Below the pieces are notes generated by a model. The model was not told where the DNA came from and searched no databases. It worked only from the letters and a program-made list of their open reading frames with translations. The position numbers and the translations under genes are program-made. This document shows, piece after piece, positions 53,335-61,620 of a stretch of DNA of 64,000 nucleotides. This DNA is from Eledone cirrhosa (Eukaryota): NCBI GenBank assembly GCA_964016885.1, contig OZ024743.1:321842001-321906000 (forward strand), given 5' to 3'. Numbering within the stretch: the first letter of the stretch is position 1; the number at the start of each line of letters is the position of its first letter.

Positions 53335-56300
53335 CTACAGGCTGATATAGAGAGAAGGCCCATTCACTCGGGCCATTCTCGCCACTTTCACCCACCTTTC
53401 ATAAAACTTGCTGGGGTACAGCACCTCTCTCTCCATCCTGATTCTTCTTCCAAAGTGGTATTTGAAAAAAAGAATCAGTTGTTGGCCGGAGAGAAAGGTG
53501 TCTGACCTCAGCCCTTTCAACCTTGTCCACCATACAACCTCTTTCGCCATAGCTATCACACAAAGGAAAACCGCCTCTCCTTCGTTTTTGAAGGAGGGTG
53601 GCGGTTTGATCATGACAATGGACTCGGTGGTCAACTGGATTGGTCCCACCCGCGACAATAGTCGTTCTACATAGCCCCACAGGTCAGTGACGCCCGGGCA
53701 GTGTATGAATGCGTGCGCGACGGTTTCTTCGTCTCGCACGCACCTCGGACAGATCTTTTTTGCAGGGTCCCTGCCCGGGCGCCCATGTCTGTAGAGCTTG
53801 TCTCGAACTGGTAGAGCTCCTCGGTAGCACTGCCAGGCCAGGGACTTTTGGAAGTTGTCCATCGGTCCCGGGCGGAAGGTCCTACCGAACAGACTGGCCA
53901 GTTCATCTTCCTCCACGCCTAGAGTTTCACCGAGCGCGTCGTCGCACTTGCTGCGGACCAACCCTCTATAGAATGACGAAGTGGAGTCTCCACTGATCGC
54001 CGGGTCCGCCTGCCAGAGGGCTGTGAGCGCCTGAGCACATTCGATGTGCCAGTCGCTCATTTTCCTCGGTCTCTGCTTGACCCAGGACTGCAGCTCGGTC
54101 AGCGAGACGAGTCGTGGGAAGGCTCGCCTCACGAACGGGGCCCACACCGGTTGTCCGGTGAGGAATACGTAGAGATGCCGCAGCCTGAGCGCGTGTTTGC
54201 GCATCGTCAACCACGGCATCCCCAGCCCTCCGTTAGAAGGGTGTTGGCAGCAGATGGATCTTCTTACCAAAGGAGCCCGCCTCTTCCAAAGGAATCGGAA
54301 GAGGGCGCGCTCCATTTTGGCGAGCGTTTTGGCTGGACAAGGCACGACGGTCAAGCGGTAGTAGATGGCGGACGCTATGAAAGTGTTCGCCACCTCCGCT
54401 CGACCTTTCAAGGATAGTTTGCACTCGGCCCACTTCTGGGTGAGTGCAAACACCTTGGTCGTCACTTCGTTCCAGTTCTTCTCCACCTGGAGGTCCGGAC
54501 CAAACCAGACCCCGAGCAGCTTTACCGGTCCTTCCGTCCAGCGTCCGACGACGCCATCGGAAGGCATCGGTCTGCCTCTCCACGATCCGAGTTGCAAACC
54601 GATGGACTTGTCCCGGTTCAGCTTCGCTCCTGTGAGACATTCGTATTCCTTTAGTAAGGTGCCGACTTCCTCGATTTGCGAGGCGCTCGACACCATTACT
54701 GTCACGTCGTCGGCGTAGGCCGACGCCGCTTTCCGCAGTCCCGGTTCCAGAGGGATGCCCTGCAATAGCTCCAGCTTCCGCAGTAGTGGCTCGAGAGTCA
54801 GTACGTACAGAAGGGAGGAGAGAGGGCATCCCTGTCGAATGGATCGCGTAATATGGAACGGCTCCGAGAGGTAACCGTTCACCTTGACCCTTGAGCAGAT
54901 GTTGCTGTTGTGCATTGCAGCAATCCAGCTCCTGAACACGGGTCCGAAGCCTGCCGCCTCGAGCACCGCATCCAGGTAACGATGGTCAACCCTATCGAAA
55001 GCCTTAGACTGATCCAAGTTGATCAGGGCCCCACCGAAGCCGGGTTTACACCCTACCCTCTCTATGATGTATCGCATGAGGTGGAGGTTGTCGTGTATGG
55101 ACCTGGTCGGGATCGCGCATGTCTGCGCTTCTCCCACCAGGTTCTCGACGACAAGCGCCAGCCTCTTTGCCAACACCTTGGCCAAAATCTGTAACTCTGT
55201 GTTTAGCAGAGTTATGGGCCGGAAGTTGCCTATGTCATCCCCCTTATTCTCGTCCTTCCTGATTAGTGTGACCACGCCCCCGGTTACAGAACTGGGAATT
55301 CTCCCGTTCTGTTGCCAGTTGCAGTAGACCGCTTCCAGGAGACCGGAGAATAAGTCCGGCATTGCTACGTAAAATTCGTAGGGTAGACCGTCGAGACCTG
55401 GAGATTTGCGTTTGCCGCATTGGCTCAGCGCGTCCCCTATCTCAGTGGCTGAAATCGGCTTTTCGCAGAACTTCGCCTCGCTGTCCGAGAGTCGCGGTAG
55501 GCCGTCGAGGTATGGACCGAAATCCATAGCCTCTCCCGGCGCGCCGCTCCCCCCGAACAGCCGAGCAAAGTGCTGCTTCGGCTCACGTATCACGCGTCCG
55601 TTTTGGTCCTTCAAAGACTGAATCGTGGACTTGTTGCCACTTTTTGCCTCCGTCACTCGGGCCCAGCTAACAGCTTTGGCTCCCTCGTTTCCCAGAGCAC
55701 GTATTTTGCTTCTGACAACGCAGCCCTCGTGCTTTGCGTCGAAGAACTGGTCCAAGGCCGTTCTCGTTGCTAGCACGCTGGCTACGTTGCCACTTCTAAT
55801 TGCCTCTTCTACTTTATCTACCAGTTCCTTCTCGGTTCTATTTCTATCTAACGCTAATTCTTTACTAAAAACTATCGAGTCTAATCTAACTGCCCTCTTG
55901 AGAGAGTACCACCATCTGTTGTTGACAATGGCCCCTGTCAAGTGCTGTTTAACTAAAGTGCTAATCCGTCTACTGTAGGCTTTGCTTGTCGGTAACGACA
56001 AGTTCAGCTTCCAGTAGCCTGGTCCTTGTCTATGGGTTCTATCAAGGTTCGCCTTGCAGGTCACTAGTTTGTGATCTGAATAGGCAACCATGAACATTTG
56101 TGGACAGCTTAACATGTCCCTATCCTTATTTCTAACTAGAACCCTATCTAGGTACGATCTAGATGTTCCGCTACGATTACTCCACGTCCACAGTGGCGCA
56201 GTCGGAAAATCTAGTCGATATCTATCGGCCAGGTCAAATCGGTCGATTAACTGTTTGAGGCTGTTACACCCCCCTTTATCGGGACATGCTCCCACATAGT

Positions 56301-56751
56301 CCCAACGTGCATCTAGGATTCCATTCCAGTCCCCCACTAAAAGCAAGGAGCGGGACGTTCCCAGAAAAGTCTCTAGACGTTTGAAGAAGTCTGACCGCGG
56401 TGTCCCGGATGGGGCATATGCGGCCACCAGCCTGAACGCTCCACCTTCACTACCGTCAACGTCTAGGACCACCAGTCGACCCTCCGGGTCCAGATGTACC
56501 GTCTGTGTTACGAGGCCCAGGTGTTTCCGCAGCAAAACGGCAACTCCGCCCCCACCCCCCGGTTGACAGAGAGATGCGTAGATCTCAAAGTCATCGAAGA
56601 TGGGGGCCAGCTGTCGCTCGCCGTGGATCCTGGACTCGCAAATGGCTACCACATCCAAACTGTGCGACCTGAGGTCGTTTAAGAGTTTGCCCTGTTTCCA
56701 GGGCATCCCCAGGCCGCGTACGTTCACACATCCAACTCTTATATTGGCCAT
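53335..56751 (-). CDS. Tx1 ORF2 APE-RT-ZF (1138 aa; short in-frame deletion at EPKQ^HFARL)
   Basis: CVNVRGL, GDWN, SDHK, YADD, CPRC..HAFIHC. Confidence 0.95.
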   Translation of the reverse strand: MANIRVGCVNVRGLGMPWKQGKLLNDLRSHSLDVVAICESRIHGERQLAPIFDDFEIYASLCQPGGGGGVAVLLRKHLGLVTQTVHLDPEGRLVVLDVDGSEGGAFRLVAAYAPSGTPRSDFFKRLETFLGTSRSLLLVGDWNGILDARWDYVGACPDKGGCNSLKQLIDRFDLADRYRLDFPTAPLWTWSNRSGTSRSYLDRVLVRNKDRDMLSCPQMFMVAYSDHKLVTCKANLDRTHRQGPGYWKLNLSLPTSKAYSRRISTLVKQHLTGAIVNNRWWYSLKRAVRLDSIVFSKELALDRNRTEKELVDKVEEAIRSGNVASVLATRTALDQFFDAKHEGCVVRSKIRALGNEGAKAVSWARVTEAKSGNKSTIQSLKDQNGRVIREPKQHFARLFGGSGAPGEAMDFGPYLDGLPRLSDSEAKFCEKPISATEIGDALSQCGKRKSPGLDGLPYEFYVAMPDLFSGLLEAVYCNWQQNGRIPSSVTGGVVTLIRKDENKGDDIGNFRPITLLNTELQILAKVLAKRLALVVENLVGEAQTCAIPTRSIHDNLHLMRYIIERVGCKPGFGGALINLDQSKAFDRVDHRYLDAVLEAAGFGPVFRSWIAAMHNSNICSRVKVNGYLSEPFHITRSIRQGCPLSSLLYVLTLEPLLRKLELLQGIPLEPGLRKAASAYADDVTVMVSSASQIEEVGTLLKEYECLTGAKLNRDKSIGLQLGSWRGRPMPSDGVVGRWTEGPVKLLGVWFGPDLQVEKNWNEVTTKVFALTQKWAECKLSLKGRAEVANTFIASAIYYRLTVVPCPAKTLAKMERALFRFLWKRRAPLVRRSICCQHPSNGGLGMPWLTMRKHALRLRHLYVFLTGQPVWAPFVRRAFPRLVSLTELQSWVKQRPRKMSDWHIECAQALTALWQADPAISGDSTSSFYRGLVRSKCDDALGETLGVEEDELASLFGRTFRPGPMDNFQKSLAWQCYRGALPVRDKLYRHGRPGRDPAKKICPRCVRDEETVAHAFIHCPGVTDLWGYVERLLSRVGPIQLTTESIVMIKPPPSFKNEGEAVFLCVIAMAKEVVWWTRLKGLRSDTFLSGQQLILFFKYHFGRRIRMEREVLYPSKFYERWVKVARMARVNGPSLYISL

Positions 56752-56784
56752 GTTGGTGCTGAAAAGTTAAAAGAGGAAAAGAGA

Positions 56785-58701
56785 TCACTCACCCTTCGCC
56801 TCCTGGGGACCAGGCCGCACGATTTCCATGGGGGTGTTGGAGGGGTTGTCTGGATGGGTGGTGGTTTCCGGCGGGGTGGGGACGCAGATGTTTGGTGGGG
56901 TGGGGTCTGGTGGGATGGGGGTGTCTGGGGTGGGGAGGCATTTGAGAAGGACGCGGTTGAGTGGTTTCACGCAGGAATTCCCCACATCCTTCTCAAATGT
57001 TTCTTTTAGGGACCTATAAGTTTGTATAGGGACCCTAATCACTTTTAGGTTCATTTTTTTGCTATTTTTTATAGAGTGGGCGAAAGTTTTCCCTTCGGTG
57101 AAAACCGAAGGGTCGTTCGTAATGGTCTCCATTAGTGTTTTGTTTTCAGTGTTTATGTAAGTGTAAGTGTAATTTTCTTGTGTTGTGTTTGTTTTTGTCT
57201 GTAGTTCTTGTGTGTGCTTTCGTTTTGTTGTAGGTATTTTGTTTTCAGGAGGTGGGGGTTTTGTTTGTGATATTTTTGTTGTTTGTGTTGGTGGTTGTAT
57301 GTTTGTGGTAGTGTTTGCTGGTTTTTTGCTTTTGTGATGTCTTTTCTTTCTTTTCGAGCGATGGGGTTCTCCCTCGTCTTCACTGGGTGATGGCGAGATA
57401 GCCTCATCTGTTGTATCGTCTGTGTGATTGGGGAGGGGTATGTCTTGGGGAGCTGTTGTGTCTGTATGTGATTTTGCAGTGGTTTTAGGTGGAGTGAGGT
57501 TGGGTGGGACTGTGTTTGTTGTGGTTATTTTTGTGTGTTGGTGTTGTTGTTGTAGTGGTGGTGTTGGTGGTTGTGTTGTTTTGATGGGTGTTGGCAGAAG
57601 AGCCTTTTTTTGGTTCATTAGTTTAGGACAGGAAGCCCCCAGGTGACCCCTGCTAAAGCAATGGTAACATGAAGGCCGCCTACCCTCAACCGAAAGGTTT
57701 ATGTAGGTAAGTCCGTCCAGGAGTACACGCTGTGGGATCATAGCTATTCGCTCTGGGCTCATTTGCACCAGAACTTCAATGCTAGTCCCATTGAATACAT
57801 CTCTGGGGGACTTGCCTACTGACAGTATTCTGTCTTCATCAAAATTGATGAAGCCGCACAGTATCCACCATATGTTCACCTTTGGTGTGACACTTGTGAT
57901 TCTGATCTTTTGTGTCCTTTTTCCCATGTATGTAGGGAAAAAGGTGTACAGGTTGGATACAATTGGCGACACAGAGTAATTTTGGGCCGTCAATTGATCC
58001 TTCATCAGTACCGAAATACTCCCAAAAAGTTTGCTTCTTTGAATGAATGCAATATCATTCATTGAATCTTTGAAAACCAGTTCAATATCTTTCTGTGACA
58101 ATTGGACTGGTTTTCGGGTAGAATTGGTAACTGTCCTAAAAACTATCGTTTTGAGAGCAGTTTCCTTGCGAATTTCTACCGGAGAATTGATGCTGAAAGC
58201 ACCATTTTTTTCGAAGGTGACATATCTCTTAGCGTCCTTTAAAAGGTGTTCAGCATTTGTTATGTCGAGATATATCAATTGTTCTTTCTTTTGAACTTTC
58301 TCCGCAAAGGAGATTTTTGGTTTCTTTGTGGAATCCGTATTGGTGGTGTTGTCATTATTGTTGTTATTGTTGTTGTTATTCTTGTTGTCACCGATGTTGG
58401 TATCATCCGTATTTTCCTTGGTGTTGTTGTTGTCTTTGATGCTGGTGTTATTGGCGTTGTCTTTATTTTTTTCTTTGTTGTTGTTATCATTGTTGCTTTT
58501 ATCATCATTATTGGTTTTGCTGTTATTTTTGTTGTCATTGAGCTGTTTGGTGTCATTTGTGTTGTTTGGATGTGAATTCGTTTTTTTATTTTCATTTTGT
58601 CTTTCCATCTCTATAGTATCTAGTGAAGAAGACGTTGTTGACTGCGAGCTTTGTAGTCTTACCGCCTCTCCACCACCATTATCGTTGGACGCAGCGTTCA
58701 T
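56785..58701 (-). CDS. Tx1 ORF1 (638 aa, CCHC knuckle)
   Basis: Asn-rich N-terminus, ISFAEKV, CYHCFSRGHLGASC, Pro/Thr linker. Confidence 0.9.
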   Translation of the reverse strand: MNAASNDNGGGEAVRLQSSQSTTSSSLDTIEMERQNENKKTNSHPNNTNDTKQLNDNKNNSKTNNDDKSNNDNNNKEKNKDNANNTSIKDNNNTKENTDDTNIGDNKNNNNNNNNNDNTTNTDSTKKPKISFAEKVQKKEQLIYLDITNAEHLLKDAKRYVTFEKNGAFSINSPVEIRKETALKTIVFRTVTNSTRKPVQLSQKDIELVFKDSMNDIAFIQRSKLFGSISVLMKDQLTAQNYSVSPIVSNLYTFFPTYMGKRTQKIRITSVTPKVNIWWILCGFINFDEDRILSVGKSPRDVFNGTSIEVLVQMSPERIAMIPQRVLLDGLTYINLSVEGRRPSCYHCFSRGHLGASCPKLMNQKKALLPTPIKTTQPPTPPLQQQHQHTKITTTNTVPPNLTPPKTTAKSHTDTTAPQDIPLPNHTDDTTDEAISPSPSEDEGEPHRSKRKKRHHKSKKPANTTTNIQPPTQTTKISQTKPPPPENKIPTTKRKHTQELQTKTNTTQENYTYTYINTENKTLMETITNDPSVFTEGKTFAHSIKNSKKMNLKVIRVPIQTYRSLKETFEKDVGNSCVKPLNRVLLKCLPTPDTPIPPDPTPPNICVPTPPETTTHPDNPSNTPMEIVRPGPQEAKGE

Positions 58702-58936
58702 AACGTAATCAAAATTTTACAATATTTTTTCCAAGATACGATGGAGAAAAATTTTTTAAATGGATATTCCGCCCCTGAAGGGGCGAAAATGAGTTGATCC
58801 ACCAGCTGAAGGTCCAGACGGGTGGTCAAGTTACACAATGATATAAAATTGAACTAAAAACTCACGTTTTTTTCTTACATAAATTAACGGAAACTTCTCC
58901 GCGAAGTGACACACGACTGATAGAGAGATAGATAGA

Positions 58937-60586
58937 TTTATTAGCCACAGGGGCACAAAAGAAGGGGAAAAATACAAAGTGGGAAGTTTACATACAATAA
59001 AAACGTGTAAAATACTATCACAAATACAATTTAAAAGTTAATCGATTTTCCCCCAATAGGGGAGACATTACATATGGGTAACACATACCCCCGAAAAAAA
59101 TGTGCAACCCTCATCTCCAGGAGTACGAAGAGTTTGTACCCCTTTCCTCTACTCCTCTTTTTCCTCAACCTACAGGCTGATATAGAGAGAAGGCCCATTC
59201 ACTCGGGCCATTCTCGCCACTTTCACCCACCTTTCATAAAACTTGCTGGGGTACAGCACCTCTCTCTCCATCCTGATTCTTCTTCTAAAGTGGTATTTGA
59301 AAAAAAGAATCAGTTGTTGGCCGGAGAGAAAGGTGTCTGACCTCAGCCCTTTCAACCTTGTCCACTATACAACCTCTTTCGCCATAGCTATCACACAAAG
59401 CAAAACCGCCTCTCCTTCGTTTTTGAAGGAGGGTGGCGGTTTGATCATGACAATGGACTCGGTGGTCAACCAGATTTGTCCCACCCGCAACAATAGTCGT
59501 TCTACATAGCCTCACAGGTCGGTAACGCCCGAGCAGTGTATGAATGCGTGCGCGACGGTTTCTTCGTCTCGCACGCACCTCGGACAGATCTTTTTCGAAG
59601 GGTCCCTGCCCGGGCGCCCATGTCTGTAGAGCTTGTCTCGAACTGGTAGAGCTCCTCGGTAGCACTGCCAGGCCAGGGACTTTTGGAAGTTGTCCATCGG
59701 TACCTGGCGGAAGGTCCTACCGAACAGACTGGCCCGTTCGTCTTCCTCTACGCCAGAGTTTCACCGAGCGCGTCGTCGCACTTGCTGCAGATCAACCCTC
59801 TATAAAATGACGAAGTGGAGTCTCCACTGATCTCCGGGTCCGCCTGCCAGAGGGCTGTGAGCGCCTGAGCACATTTGATGTGCCAGTCGCTCATTTTCCT
59901 CGGTCTTTGCTTGACCCAGGACTGCAGCTCGGTCAGCGAGACGAGTCGTAAGAAGGCTCGCCTCACGAACGGGGCTCACACCGGCTGTCCGGTGAGGAAT
60001 ACGTAGAGATGCCGCAGCCTGAACGCGTGTTTGCCCATCGTCAGCCACGGCATCCCCAGCCCTCCGTTGGAAGGGTGTTGGCAGCAGATGGATCTTCTCA
60101 CCAAAGGAGCCCGTTTCTTCCAAAGGAATTGGAAGAGCGCGCGCTCCATTTTGGTGAACGTTTTGGCTGGACAAGGCACGACGATCAAGCGGTAGTAGAT
60201 GGTGGACGCTATAAAAGTGTTCGCCACCTCCGCTCGACCTTTCAAGGATAGTTTGCACTCGGCCCACTTCTGGGTGAGTGCAAACACCTTGGCCGTCACC
60301 TCGTTCCAGTTCTTCTCCACCTGGAGGTCCGGACCAAACCAGACCCCCGAGCAGCTTTACCGGTCCTTCCGTCCAGCGTCCGACGACGCCATCGGAAGGC
60401 ATCGGTTTGCCTCTCCACGATCCGAGTTGCAAACCGATGGACTTGTCCCGGTTCAGCTTCGCTCCTGTGAACCTTCCGTATTCCTTCAGTAAGGTGCCAA
60501 CTTCCTCGATTTGCGAGGCGCTCGACACCATTACTGTCACGTCGTCGGCGTAGGCCGACGCCGCTTTCGCAGTCCCGGTTCCAGAG
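58937..60586 (-). mobile_element. 5'-truncated degenerate Tx1 copy 5 (same family as copy 4)
   Basis: Colinear with 53095-54742; frameshifts; truncated just upstream of YADD. Confidence 0.92.
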
Positions 60587-60769
60587 AACCAGTTTAAAAC
60601 AAGTTTGACCGTTACTCAATAAAGTATTCTAAACTTAGAGTAGTAGAGTATGGCTAAATTATAAAGTGTCGGGACCCGACGGCTGAGGTCTTGCCGTTTC
60701 AACAGCTAGTTCCGGACTCATTTGTTGAAACGGCAAGAGCCCAGCCGTCGGGTCCCGAGTCTTTATAAT
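60587..60769 (-). repeat. Diverged relative of the palindrome element from the 2.35-kb unit
   Basis: TCGGGACCCGACGGCTG...CAGCCGTCGGGTCCCGA hairpin plus the reverse-complement ACTCTACTACTCTAAG flank. Confidence 0.75.
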
Positions 60770-60790
60770 ATATATATATATATATAATAT

Positions 60791-60854
60791 TTATTAAAAT
60801 AACAGATTAAAGTTTAAACAAAGAATCGCTGCTTTCACCCTAAGATCCCGCTAA

Positions 60855-60894
<40 letters not shown>

Positions 60895-61044
60895 TTAACG
60901 GGATCTTAGGGTGAAAACAGCGATTCTTTGCTTAAACTTTAATCTGTTATTTTAATAGATATTTGCTCTACGGTTCTTATATATTTGATATATATTTATC
61001 CTTATCGAGCCCTCTTTGGATTTTAGTCTTCACATTTATTATTA
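60791..61044. repeat. TA-associated dispersed repeat with a ~67-bp inverted repeat around (TA)n; related copy at 16384-16553
   Basis: 60791-60858 is the reverse complement of 60891-60957. AATAACAGATTAAAGTTTAA..GAATCGCTG and TATCCTTATCGAGCCCTCTTTGG are shared with 16384-16553. Confidence 0.8.
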
Positions 61045-61051
61045 TTATTAC

Positions 61052-61250
61052 TATCATGACAATCGGGACGACTCTGACTTCATGGCAGTTCCAAATCCTT
61101 TTTAACTCCCACTTCAAGTCCTGGTATCGGTTAATTTTCTCCCTCTCCTTTTCTTGCACTCTCGTGTCAAATGGGCAGGCTACATCTACAATTAGGCGCG
61201 ATCTTTTTTCCTTGTCCAAAACCACCAGGTCAGGCCTATTATTAAAAACC
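61052..61250 (-). mobile_element. R4/Dong-like RLE fragment (different subfamily)
   Basis: NNRPDLVVLDK..IVDVACPFD..KINRYQDLKWE..VVPIV. Confidence 0.75.
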
Positions 61251-61253
61251 CAC

Positions 61254-61343
61254 ATCGTACCGTCTTGTACCGTATGTAATATTTTTCTTGATGTCAGCCC
61301 TTGTGGCCAATAAAGAAATCATCATTATTATTATTATTATTAT
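61254..61343 (+). mobile_element. 3'-terminal stub of a Tx1 element with (ATT)n tail
   Basis: CGTACCGTCTTGTA...GCCCTTGTGGCCAATAAAGAAATC followed by ATT repeats matches the 3' ends of copies 1 and 2. Confidence 0.75.
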
Positions 61344-61540
61344 TTGGCAGTATCGGTAGAGGGTCGGACGCCATGCTTTGACGCATAGAGTTACGTCCCT
61401 TGCCATTCTGAGTTCAAATCCCGCCGAGGTTAACTTTGCCTTTCATCCTCACGGGGTCGATGAAATAAAGTATCAGTAATGCACTGGGTAATTGCTGGCC
61501 TTGTGCCAAAAGTAGAAACAATTATTATTATCATTATTAT
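61344..61540 (+). mobile_element. SINE family A with (ATT)n tail
   Basis: Match to the other copies. Confidence 0.88.
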
Positions 61541-61597
61541 AGTTGCATTTATCTTGCTTTATGTTCATACGAGTTATCACCAACTCACAACCAGTGA
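61541..61597 (-). mobile_element. ~57-bp 3' stub of the R4/Dong-like family seen at 16571
   Basis: AGTTGCATTTATCTTG..ATGTTCATACGAGTTATCACCAA.TCACAACCAGTGA is nearly identical to 16572-16628, with (TTA)n on both sides. Confidence 0.8.
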
Positions 61598-61620
61598 TTA
61601 TTATTATTATTATTATTATC

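Larger units (their letters stand above)
53095..58918 (-). mobile_element. Full-length Tx1 copy 4, both ORFs open, (TCTA)n at both ends
   Basis: 3' end CCCCTGTGGCTAATAAAGAAAT followed by ATATCTATCTATCT; 5' end follows TCTATCTATCTCTCTATC (58919-58936). Confidence 0.93.
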
